The position numbers were made by a program, and so were the translations under genes. From Lingula anatina (taxonomy: Eukaryota > Animalia > Brachiopoda), in assembly GCA_051362555.1 (NCBI GenBank), contig CM120643.1, positions 22,448,848 to 22,512,847 on the forward strand: a DNA stretch of 64,000 bases, in the 5' to 3' direction. The notes beneath the pieces are model-generated. The model saw only the letters and a program-made list of their open reading frames with translations. It did not search any database and was not told the DNA's origin. Numbering within the stretch: the stretch's first letter is position 1; the number at the start of each line of letters is the position of its first letter. Below, piece after piece: positions 18,106 through 29,394 of the stretch.

Positions 18106-20796
18106 CCGAACATTTGATTCAATTAAAATAATCCTGTTGTCTAAACAGATTATTAAATGGCATAGTTTTTCTTTGTTTTTAAACCTAGTTACTGCGACCC
18201 GGCCCCCTGCTAAAAAGTGAAGTTTTAACAACAGTCGAACTGAACTTGCCCTGATTCACAACTTAATTACAATGTTGGTTGATTCATCCATTCATTTAGC
18301 CATTTATCTTTTTACATGTTGAGTTAATTCAACGATTTATATCGGTCGGGCTGTCTTTAGCATGAATTCTTTTTCTGTTACTTTTTATGTGACAAAGTTT
18401 CGTTTTATTGTACTGGTCATCCTTATCGTTGAAATACTTACCAAGTTAAAAATGATCGGATATATTATCATTATTATTTATTATAAGTAGTATTAGTATT
18501 ATTTTACGGCGTTTTCCTTTCTTTAAATCCTTGAATGTTTTTTCCCTTTCTTTTGTGTCATATTAAGTTTGCATTCATTGCATTAACAAACTGTTATGAA
18601 TACATACAGCTAACATATTGCATTGACACAATTACATGATAACCGTCTAGAACATGAAGTCCATGGAAATTTGGGTGCTTTCCGCAACGCAGGTACATTC
18701 GTCTTAACGCACGGTGGTATAATGCAAGCAGGGTAGTATGGTTTGGATTAAAAGGGAAAAAAATGAAGACGCACGGGCTAATGGCCCTCGCCAGTGCAGT
18801 AGGCAGACGTGTTGGAAAACTCGTCTGGTGCATAATAAGTTGATATTTATTGCTACTCATGGACCAGAGAAATAACAATAGTTAGATAATCACATGTACA
18901 TGTACATAGACCACACATGACCAACCAGACAAGACAAATGAGTAACTTTTCCCTTACAAAATGGCTGGTTGCAGTTCAGTTGCAAGATAACTTTTATCAG
19001 ATGATTCTTGTTCAGGTGTAACCAGCTTAATTGTGAAAGCCTCCAATACAAAATCAAACCTCGCATCAGCATATCCCAACAGGATACAGTGGTTTAATGG
19101 TCCCTCTGAGGCTAGGCCGGCGGCTGTTTCCGGCAATGGAACTGCATAGAACGGATCTATAAAGTATAAAACAATATAACAATCTGATGCGCTCTAAGGC
19201 AGTCGCCCTGGAGGCAACATGGAACAGAAGAGCCCAGTGGTATGTGGCACGTAGCATCTGACGGCTTCATCAGAAAGATGCACCGCATGAGTATCTGGCC
19301 GTTGCAAAACTAAGCGAGAATTGGCGTCTCGCGACCGTTCCATAGCTTTTGGAGAAAGACAATATTTTGACACAAGCACTTTATATTCACAAAGCGGTAA
19401 GTATTTCTCTTTTCAAAGTACAGATGTTTATAAATTCACAAGATACGTGGGGTTTGCTAGGAGGGTTCGGTTTCATTAAAAACCTACATAAATACAAGTA
19501 GGTATAGGAACATTTCGCAACAGGCCTGAAGTTGTTCAGTTTTGCTTAGACTGGAACTCGAAGATAAAAGACCACGTAATGTTGAGTTGGCAAATTTGGT
19601 CTTGGAGTTTTTCAAAACCTCAATGTCTGCTACAAGTCAGTTGACTCCGATAGCAGGCCATATGTCGTCAGTGAGCGGGGGGCTGCTTCACGGAAAAGTT
19701 TGGGCTACACTTAGTCTACTTAATAAAAATTCGGTTTTTCAATATTTGTCTGAGAGCATTTTACAGGGAAATCAGTACAGGTGTTCTAAAATAACGGTCT
19801 AGTGTCAACACTGTGATTAATAATCAATGGAGACTTGATTTTCAGATCAAATTTACAAGGTAAACGTTCTTACAGATTCTCTGAGTAACGCAACTTAATC
19901 AGCCAACAGGCCTACCCAACTACCAGTCTTTACTATTCTATATAGCATACACAAAACAAAGGCAAATACTTATTTGCCGACTAGCCCGGCCGATAAGAGA
20001 AGGGAGTCGGTTTTATTTCTTTCAATTGGAATTCATTAACAAATAATACAATAATACAATACGTTGTGTGTAATATGTATTTGTGCTTTGTTGTACTAAT
20101 AGAATTATTATTATTATTATTATTTTAATATACCATTTGAGTATCAAACTCAAATAATGACATATTGAATGTACTTAATCTTCTACCGATAAATTAACTT
20201 TGAACTCCGTTATCATTACTATTATTATACATTTCCGAAAAACTGTGCGTAAAACAGATCTCCTTAAGAATAACATGCCGCTCAGTAAAAACCATAGATA
20301 AAACTGTGCATGCGAAACAGTAAAGTCACTATGGAAAACTGTGTCTGTAGCTGCGATGCTAACTTATGCGAATCATCGCCCTATAAAATATAGATGCATG
20401 ATATTCAGAGATCTAGAGTGACAGACCTCACTCTGAATTCACAAACCCAAATAAATATTTATAAAATAAAATTTTTAGTGTGTCCTAACTGCTAAGCTGT
20501 CGGGCTAGAACTGAAGTGCTACTGCAAAGTACACCTAATAGTCACACCTGTGACTACTACTCAGCACTGTCACATGCTTGTGACGTAACGCAAAGACAAT
20601 CATTTTTCACTATACGCTGTACCGTGAAAAATATTCAGTCTTTACTATTCTATATAGCATACACAAAACAAAGGCAAATACTTATTTGCCGACTAGCCCG
20701 GCCGATAGAATAAACCAAAGTTAGGGAGCGATAAAAGAAAAAGCAGTTGCTGCCTCTAAATTAGCCATTGAAAATGCTGAACAAATGAACACATAA

Positions 20797-21831
20797 TTAC
20801 AAACCTAGATGCCTGGATACAGATAATCTGTTGTGTAACTCGTCTTGTATATACATGTCTTTGCTAGAGTCCGATCTCCATCTCCCATGCCTCTTTATGC
20901 ACCTTTCGTTGACTCCTCCAGCTGCTGCGGCGGTGGCTCCTCCGGATCTCAGTGAATGTAAGCCGATGTTCAAATCGGGATTGAAAAGCTTAATTCTAGA
21001 AACTATGTTAGCTTTTGCTGCTGTGTAACTAAGAGGCTTATCTTTGTAAATCAACCTAGCCACGCCTTTTGACCTGAACAATGGTCTGAATAAAAACTTA
21101 CATGAACTAAAATCTATTTTTGCCAAAGAAGCATATCTCTGTAGCATTGAAATGGGGCAAGCGCTGGTTCGACCTTTAGCGATTAATATCTCATCGCCTT
21201 GTCTAAGTTGATCACATTTGCTTTTGGAAATAAATACTGACATATATTCGTCAAATATTTTAATGTCGCTACACTTTAAATTGCTAAGCTCATTATAACG
21301 CCAAAACCCAGAAAAACTAAGTAAAATCATAGCTAAATCTCTGACAATAAGCAAATCGTTGCAAGCTGTGTAGTTATTGCATAACTCAATTAAAAGCTCT
21401 CTGCTTATGGGATCTTTGCGAACTACTTTTGGTTTTAACATTCTATTCGCTGAATCTTGAAGAGACTTAATGTAACCGTTATTGGTAGGATCAGAAAAAT
21501 TGTTGATGGCATGTACCCACTTGATGGCGTAAATTGAATGATTCACAACATGTGAAGAGGATTTTGTATCTATTAAATGAGTTATGTATAATGCAATGTG
21601 AATTGGCTCGGCAGGTAAATCTTGAAAACCAATACCTTTAGCAAACTGTGACCATTTATTTAAATAAGAAAAATAACAGGCGTTGGTAGAGTCACTCTTG
21701 GATTGAATGATGTAACTGGGCATTTTCTCGACGAGGTTTGAAATCTCTTGGTTCATCTCGATTCCACTTTTTGCCACTGCCTGCGTTATATTTCTCTTCA
21801 ATCCTAAACCTAGTAAAATATGGAAAAACAT
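20797..21831 (-). CDS. Tyrosine recombinase of the PAT-like element
   Basis: Catalytic pattern R (FWRYNEL), HSLRSGG and HGRW...MY in an open 344-aa ORF. Confidence 0.93.
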   Translation of the reverse strand: MFFHILLGLGLKRNITQAVAKSGIEMNQEISNLVEKMPSYIIQSKSDSTNACYFSYLNKWSQFAKGIGFQDLPAEPIHIALYITHLIDTKSSSHVVNHSIYAIKWVHAINNFSDPTNNGYIKSLQDSANRMLKPKVVRKDPISRELLIELCNNYTACNDLLIVRDLAMILLSFSGFWRYNELSNLKCSDIKIFDEYMSVFISKSKCDQLRQGDEILIAKGRTSACPISMLQRYASLAKIDFSSCKFLFRPLFRSKGVARLIYKDKPLSYTAAKANIVSRIKLFNPDLNIGLHSLRSGGATAAAAGGVNERCIKRHGRWRSDSSKDMYIQDELHNRLSVSRHLGL

Positions 21832-21856
21832 TCATGAGAAAAAATTCTCAATAAGC

Positions 21857-24298
21857 TTAAAATGAAAACGTTAACGCTATCATGTTGAATTTAAGGGGCC
21901 TTTGGCTGAAAATGCCCTTGCAATATCTACCGCTAAAAATGAGGTTTTCTTTGGGCAATACGCGTACATCAACTATGTGCTCTTCGAATTCAAACAATAA
22001 AGGCCAAAAAGGAGAGGATCTCCATTCAGGTATAACAATTGTGGCCCTTGATCTATCTTTAACGCATTTCCGCAAGACTTTACGTATCAAAGTAGGAGGA
22101 GGCACTATCCAATTATTTCCTTCGGACCAATCAAATTTGAATGCGTTTATCCCGGACGTTCCGGGGCACCATGCTTTGGAATAAAAAGATTTGCATTTCT
22201 TGTTGTAATGAGTGGCAAATAAATCCCTGTCATAACGACCGAAAAGAGATTGTAAAAAATGAAAAACTTTGTGATTGATACTCCAATCATCTCTGTCAAC
22301 GATTCTACTTAATAAATCGGCTTTTTGATTGAGCGATCTCGGTATCCAATGTGGGAAAATAGTTATTTGTTTCTTACTACAGCAATTGTGAATATCCATT
22401 GCTATGGAGTGAAGTTCGCGCTTTTTACTTCCCACGTTAAGAATATGTGTGACATTCATGTTGTCAGAGTTGACCTTAACTGAACAAGAAGACAACTCGC
22501 TTGGCATGGAATTCATGACTCTGTTAATGGATTCTAACTCTTTCCATGTTGAACTTTTACTAGCCTCTTGCGTGCTCCAACTGCCGCATATTGACGGAAT
22601 ACTGATCTTATGACCTGACAGATTTGGAGCGCTTTTTCTCACCGAAAAATTATCTCCTTCCAAAAGAGAAATAGATGTACAATTTTCAATCAAATCAGGC
22701 TCACATTGTGCCTCAGAGACCGTATCAGTGCTAAAATCGGATAAGAACAGATCTAGCCCAGTGCTTTTCCTCACATTGAGGTTACCGCCTATCAGAGGCG
22801 CATTCGTTTTGCCTTCGTCGACCAAATGTGACTCGCAATGTACCCTCGAAGCCTCATACTCACTCGAATCCAATAAAAATGGATATAGCTCATTCCTTTT
22901 TCTCACATCGAGAATATTGCCTGTCAGAGGCACGTTCGTGTTTTCATCGTCAACCAAATGTGACGCGTAATCTGATAAGAACAGATCTAGCCCAGTGCTT
23001 TTCCTCACATTGAGGTTACCGCCTATCAGAGGCGCATTCGTTTTGCCTCCGTCAACCAAATGTGACTCGCAATGTACCCTCGAAGCCTCATACACACTCG
23101 AATCCGATAAAAACGGATATAGCTCAGTGCTTTTCTTCTCATTGAGTTCATCGCCTTTCAGTGGCGCATTCATTTTGCCATCGTCAGCCAAATGTGACGC
23201 GTTAACCACGTACCCACCATAACCACTATCGGATGCGTCTGAGTATAATTCGAAATCAAAATGATGAACAATACTGCTTTGATCTATATCAGCACCGTCG
23301 TTGTTCAATAATTCAATATTTTTGAACCAGAATCTAACTTCTTCAAGTGACTCTGCGGAAATCATTATTTTACTTTTCCAGCTTGCTTTAGATTCAATGC
23401 AAAAATAACAAAATCTTGTTTTGAACCTGGCGATATTCCCCAAAATGGAACTACAACTGATTATCTGCCCGACGAAGCTAGCGACGAGCTTCGCGCTAAA
23501 CAACAATTGACCTCTCTGTGCCCGTTCGAGTATGTCGCTTGAAACTGAAATAATTCGTTTCACCCGCTCGCTGCTGATTTTGAATCTGCCCGAAGCAAAA
23601 TCCCAATCAAAACCAAGCCAAGTAATAACCTGCTTCGGTTTCCACTCGCATTTATCTTCGGCTAAAACGAAACCGAAAGAAAGCAATTCTTCTCTGATCA
23701 AATTACTGAGCTGACAAGCACGAGAAAAATTGACGTCTCCGGCCAAACCGTCGTCCAAGTACATGACGATTTTGTGTCCCTTTGACCTGATGTATTTGAC
23801 AAAATGCCTTGTAAGTTTAGAAAATATGAATCCGGAAGTAGCTAGACCGAATGGAAGTGAATTATAAACAAATGATCTTTCCTTTCCGTCTATGATCCAA
23901 CTGAACCCTAAAAATGTGCGGTGCTCAGGAAAAACAGAAATATGGAAATAAGCTGATTTCAAATCGTATGAAAACACGTATTCCCCTTTTTTAAATATGT
24001 CCCTAGCTACGCTGGAATCTTCATACTTAAATTTGAATTTGAATAAGTGGGGATTGATATGCCTGCAGTCTAATACCAATCGAGGTTTACCGGATCTACT
24101 GTAAGCGACGGTTAAAGGATTGGTCACGTGGGGCGAAAAATTTACCTCTGATATAAAACCTTTGTTTACCAAAGCTCTAATTTCGTTGGCTACGAAAGTA
24201 GTATTTTCCAAAGCGGATTTGTTGTTTTTAAGAAAAACCTTCTCAGGTATATCTTTAAAAGGAATTTTGTAACCTGATCCAATAACTTCCAATAAGTG
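21857..24298 (-). pseudogene. RT / RNase H / Dam-like methyltransferase ORF of the PAT-like element; its N-terminal ~30 codons are displaced to 28469-28560 by the Gypsy insertion
   Basis: Motifs RLVLDCR, DLKSAY, LPFGL, YLDD, SDAS..G, SSTWKEL, WIPR..N..AD.LSR, DLFA and NWIVPPP. Removing the Gypsy element restores SPVGKLKSHISKWVETEACSHLLEVIGSGYKIPF. Confidence 0.9.
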
Positions 24299-24462
24299 TG
24301 TGATGTTCTTTAAGATGTTCTTAGATTCAAACCAACAAGACACCAAGTCTGATTTCCCAGCACCATACTTTATTCTCAAGTCTCCAGTATTCTCCCGAGA
24401 TCTCAACACTCACAACACTGATATTCTCTAACACAATACTGAGCTACTGCACATTTACTACA
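24299..24462 (-). repeat. Gypsy 3' LTR
   Basis: Identical by eye to 28305-28468. Confidence 0.95.
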
Positions 24463-24702
24463 TCTCTCCCTCTTGAGATATGCACCACAATGACTTTAAA
24501 TGTGCAAATTTTTTTTCTTTTTACTTATATAATGACAAAACTAAATAAACTAAAATGTTACAAATACTCAGAGGCACTCTAAATAATCACTTCAGAGTGT
24601 AAACAGATCAACAGTTCTCATTAATCCTTTAACAGTCCTTGGTCATCTTACATGTAAGACAATATGTCTCTAGAAAATTTTAATGACAGAAATATTTCTC
24701 AG

Positions 24703-27700
24703 TCAAGTGTAAGTTAGTCTCTCAGGTGCTTTGCGCTCCCTTTGTGGATATCTGCGAACTGGTTGTTTATCAACAGTAGGACTAGCCTCAACATCATCAT
24801 ATACAAATGTACTGCTAGCTTCAGATTTGTCAGGTAATTTTGCATCACTATTGTCCATTGTATCACTTGATTCATGCTCAATTTGAACAGGTTCTGAATA
24901 AAACCTTGGCTCAGGTTGCTCAAATTCAGTCTTTGTTTGATTATCAGATTCAACATTTTCTCTCGAAGGTAGTGTCACATTAACTTCATCAGAAAATGGC
25001 ATTTCACTTGAAACAGTGGGACCAATTATATGATCAATATGCACAAAGCGTTTCGATCTGCCAATTTGTACAACATATGTCTGAGGCCCACAAACTTTCA
25101 CAATGCAACCAGAAACCCATTTCTCTTGCCCCCCTCTGAAATTGCGAACTCTGACCTTATCATACAGGTTAAAGTGACGCGACTTGGGACGTTTGTCATG
25201 ATACTGACATAGCTTTTCCTGTTTTGTTTCAACAGACATAGAAAGGCTGGGTTTCAAAAGAGAAAATTTTGACCTAATCTGACGCTTCATGAACAATTCA
25301 GAAGGACTGACACCAGTTGTTGAATGCGGAGTTATTCTATACAGCATCATTAACTGGGATAATCTCAGACTGCGGGAACCTTCCCTATTCTCTAACATAT
25401 GTTTTGCTAGCCCTTGTTTGATAACTTGCACTGAACGCTCAGCGGCACCATTCGTGCTTGCATGGTACGGAGGTATAAGTTTGTGATTTATTCCATTCAT
25501 TTCACAGAATTTACGAAACTCCCCTGAGGTAAACTGTGGTCCATTATCTGACACAATAATCTCAGGCAAACCTGCTCTTGCAAACCACGAACGTAAAACA
25601 TCAATTGTTTTCGAAGCAGTAGTAGATTGCATTTCTTCTACTTCTATCCACTTCGAATATGCATCAATCAGTATCAAATAAGAACGATTGTCTTTCTCAA
25701 AGAAATCAATATGGACCCTCTCCCACACACGTGAAGGGAAAGACCATGGGATCAGTGGTGCAACAGCTGGCAAGGCTCTGTTTGATTGACATTCATCACA
25801 TCCAGAGACCAAAGACTCAATTCCAGAATCTAGTCCAGGCCACCACAAGTACCCTCTAGCTAAGGACTTCATTCTAACAATCCCATGATGTTCTTCGTGT
25901 AATTCACGAAGTAAACGGTCACGATAACAAGGTGGTATGATGACACGTAATCCCCAAAGTATGCAACCTTGGTCAACAGTAAGTTCATTTCTGCGTCTAA
26001 AGTAAGGCATCAAAGAATCATCTTTGACATAGCTTGGCCAACCATTAAGAGTGAAATCATACACTCTGGACAAGACTGGGTCCTTCATAGTGGCTTTGCT
26101 AATATCACTCGCTTTCACAGGTAATTCTTCTGTGAAAGACACACAATGGACAACAAACTCGTTATCCTCACTAGGCTCAGAATTTTTATTTGGTAACCGT
26201 GAAAAGCAATCTGCACTTGCATTGTCAGCAGACTTTCTATATTTTATCTTGTAATTGTAAGCTGACAGAATCAAACTCCAGCGTTGCATTCTAGCTGCAG
26301 CTAATGACGGTATACCAGTATGTGAATTGAATATTTTCACAAGAGGCAGATGGTCTGTAATAAGAGTAAACTCTCTTCCATATAAATACATGTGGAATTT
26401 CTTCACACCAAATATGATGGCTAAAGCCTCTTTCTCAATTTGAGCATAATTCTTTTCTGCTTTAGAAAGAGTACGAGAGGCTGTTTCAATGGGGCGTTCA
26501 GAACCATCTTCCATAATATGACTTATGACTGCACCAATCGCCACTGATGATGCATCACAAGCTAATACGATTGGCCGTTTTGGATCATAGGGTGTGAGAC
26601 ATGACTCTGCAGAAATAGCAGACTTGGCAGCATTAAATGCAGCATCACACTCCTTTGTCCAGTTCCACTCTACATTTTTGCTTAAGAGCCTGTTTAGTGT
26701 GGACACCTGAGTAGACATGTTCTCAGGAGTTGTACCTTCAGGAATGTAAACATCTGCTTCAAAACCTTTGATTGACCCTTGACTTGGAGCAAATACATCT
26801 TTGTATTGTGACAGAAGTGACTTTAACTTTGGGTCACTCTGTACAGAAAAGACATTGGACCAATCTAACTTTATTTTCTCTAACCAATTTTGCCCCAACA
26901 ATGCAGGTTTAGATCCCTCCACCACTACTAATGGTAGGTCTACAGACTGGTCATTGTAACTCACTTTGACTTTTATTTCCCCCAATAAACTAAGAGGATT
27001 GCCGCAATAAGATGTGAGATGCAAATCTGATTGACGTAAAGGGTGATCTTTGAACTTTGATTCATACAAATCTTGACCAATCAACGTGACAGACGCACCA
27101 GTATCTAGCTCAAAGTCAATAGACTGTGAGCTAACCTGTAAAGCAATAATATACTTGCTACATTTATTTTCATTTACAGTACTGATAGGAGCATGATCAG
27201 GTTTTGTTTTGTTCTCTTTACTTCTGCATTTGATTTGGAAATTGTTCAACTTGTTACATTTTCTGCAGATTTTACCCTTGGCAGGACAAACTCCTTTGTG
27301 TGGGTACTCTCCACCGCAGAACCAACACTCCCTGAAACCCTGTTTTGGCTGTGTTTTCGACTTGTTATGACTTGGCTTGTGTGGTTTAGGTGCTTGGGCT
27401 TGTGCTGATTTTTTCACGGCATAGACTGTGGTAGGACTGGTATCGCCCTCCATAATATGGGATCTTTGCTCAGACAGCTCTAAAGCTCTAGCATGTGTAA
27501 GCAAGTTATTCAATGTGAGAGTCTGGTCACTAAGAGCTTTTCTTCTCAACTTATGGGATGTACATCCTTGTATAATTTGTGACTTAACCTCTCTGTCCAA
27601 ATTTTCAAATCCACAGTTGGCTCCTATTTGTCTTAGTTTGATATGGTATGAATCAATGGTTTCACTACCCGCACGAAAACGAAGTAGATACTCCAGCGCA

Positions 27701-28288
27701 GTAGACTACTGCAATCATACTGCAAACATGCTTCAAATCTGCTTCGATGTGGGAGCTAATTAGCATATTTGAAACATGCTTCTATCATGCTGCTAATCTA
27801 CTGCATTAATGCTCCTCCTCTGTACAACCCTATGTAATTTTTGAAGTAGAATTGCAGTAGGCTATACTGCATTTCTACTGCAAATATGCTCCACACCACT
27901 ACTGCGTTAATGCTTCTTTGCTACTTCGATACTACTGCATTTTCATGCGGGTAGGTTCTTGCTTACAGCTTCGAAATTTGTAAATTTCAAACTCAGGATT
28001 ATGATGAGGTCTTACGTACTGTCCAAAAGAAGCTACCGCATCTTCATATGAGTCCCCTCTGTCTGGCAGATTCTCAAAAATGTCTAAAAATTCCTCACCA
28101 GCTAAATGTAAAAGCATGGCTCTCTTCTGTTGCGAGTTTTTGATGTTCAGTGCAACCATGAGGTTTTCAAATCTTTCCTTCCATTTTCCCCATCTTTTAA
28201 ATACGGTGTTCGGTTCCTGTCTGATGATGAAAGGTGGAAAAGTTGGTATATGCGTCAAGTTTACTGCTTGGGGTTCTTCCTCCTCCAT
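24703..28288 (-). pseudogene. Gypsy gag-pol (gag, zinc knuckles, protease, RNase H, integrase; RT missing; gag interrupted by a 284-bp insertion)
   Basis: CWFCGGEYPHKGVC and CRKCNK knuckles, LDTGAS protease, CDAS/IEKEALA/TDH RNase H, HHCC plus DFF..SDNG..AER integrase. No YxDD RT between protease and RNase H. Confidence 0.9.
27668..27951. mobile_element. 284-bp non-autonomous DNA element (CACTA/EnSpm-like) inside Gypsy gag
   Basis: TIR CCCGCACGAAAA / TTTTCATGCGGG, TA duplication, repeated internal CTACTGCA motifs. Excision restores gag KQEPSETIDSYHIKLRQ. The superfamily assignment is inference. Confidence 0.85.
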
Positions 28289-28304
28289 AATTCCTTGTCG
28301 CCAA

Positions 28305-28468
28305 TGTGATGTTCTTTAAGATGTTCTTAGATTCAAACCAACAAGACACCAAGTCTGATTTCCCAGCACCATACTTTATTCTCAAGTCTCCAGTATTCTC
28401 CCGAGATCTCAACACTCACAACACTGATATTCTCTAACACAATACTGAGCTACTGCACATTTACTACA
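28305..28468 (-). repeat. Gypsy 5' LTR
   Basis: Followed on the minus strand by the PBS and the gag ATG at 28288. Confidence 0.95.
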
Positions 28469-28560
28469 AAGTGGGAACAAGCCTCCGTTTCGACCCATTT
28501 TGAAATGTGTGACTTTAATTTACCTACAGGTGACAAAATACAATTTTGCTGTACAAAACA

Positions 28561-29394
28561 TTAAGATAACTGCTCAAAGTCGCATTCTAAGCTTGTAGTT
28601 TCACTATTGTTTGAACATTTATTGTCACAAGATAAAAATGTATCATCAAAACTTTCAATTTTTCCTTTGTGAGTATGACAATGTCTACTTATCGTTTCAG
28701 TCTTTCTCTGTCTGACATCACCGGGACATTCTTTGGCCCAATGCCCTCTTGTGCCGCACGAGAAACAATTTCCCGGCTTGTTTTCTGTACGCGTTTGCTT
28801 GTACGTGGCTCTAGGGTAAGGCTGAAATCTCCGGTTTTGTTCGTTCCTAGATTTTTTCTTCATAGCTTCCTTAAATTTTCTCTCGGCCCTTGATTGAGCT
28901 TTAAGAATGCGTTTTTCGTCCTCTGAGTCATCTGCGACTGGGTTTGAACTATACTCTTCAACGACACGCCAACCCAGAGAGCTGGAATCTGCGATCTTTA
29001 TGAGTTTCTGTCTGGCTGATAAGACTTGTATACCTTCACAGATTTTCTCCCGGGCCTTCTCCGACGTGTCGTTTGAAGCCTTTTCGCATCTTAAGATTTC
29101 ATTTGCATCATTTAGCTTTCGTATGACTTGATCATTCACTTTGTACTGTTGTTCGTTGCCCTTTCTTTTAAACGTGTAAGAAGAGGACACTCTGTCCTCT
29201 ATGTTAGCGATATGCTTTTGTGTTAAGTCCATGGACTCGGAGAATTGTTTGAGGTTCGAAGCTATCATGGTCTGTAGATTGGATAGTACCACTGTTTGAG
29301 ATGCTACGACCGCATTTTTAACTTTTTCTGTTATGATGTCGTTAAAGGACTCTGTTTCTCCTCTGTTAGTAACCGACTCCCCGCCTTGAGACAT
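28561..29394 (-). CDS. Gag-like ORF of the PAT-like element
   Basis: FKRKGNEQQY, RQKLIKIADSS.LGW..V.EY...P.ADDSEDEKRI and the CCHC knuckle CFSCGTRGHWAKEC; starts right after repeat A1. Confidence 0.88.
   Translation of the reverse strand: MSQGGESVTNRGETESFNDIITEKVKNAVVASQTVVLSNLQTMIASNLKQFSESMDLTQKHIANIEDRVSSSYTFKRKGNEQQYKVNDQVIRKLNDANEILRCEKASNDTSEKAREKICEGIQVLSARQKLIKIADSSSLGWRVVEEYSSNPVADDSEDEKRILKAQSRAERKFKEAMKKKSRNEQNRRFQPYPRATYKQTRTENKPGNCFSCGTRGHWAKECPGDVRQRKTETISRHCHTHKGKIESFDDTFLSCDNKCSNNSETTSLECDFEQLS

Larger units (their letters stand above)
24299..28468 (-). mobile_element. Ty3/Gypsy (Mag-like) LTR retrotransposon with internal RT deletion
   Basis: 164-bp TG...CA LTRs at 24299-24462 and 28305-28468; 5-bp TSD AAGTG; PBS TGGCGACAAGGA resembling the complement of the tRNA-Ser(GCU) 3' end; PPT AAGAGGGAGAGA. 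Confidence 0.95.

Noticed and set aside
20797-21831. Phage integrase, prophage or bacterial contamination
   Set aside because: The recombinase sits within split direct repeats alongside gag and RT, which is the DIRS-order layout, and the flanking genes have spliceosomal introns.
21857-24409. 850-aa ORF taken as an intact protein starting MLRSRENTG
   Set aside because: The first ~37 residues come from the Gypsy LTR (the same peptide appears at 28197..28415) and the start codon is GTG.
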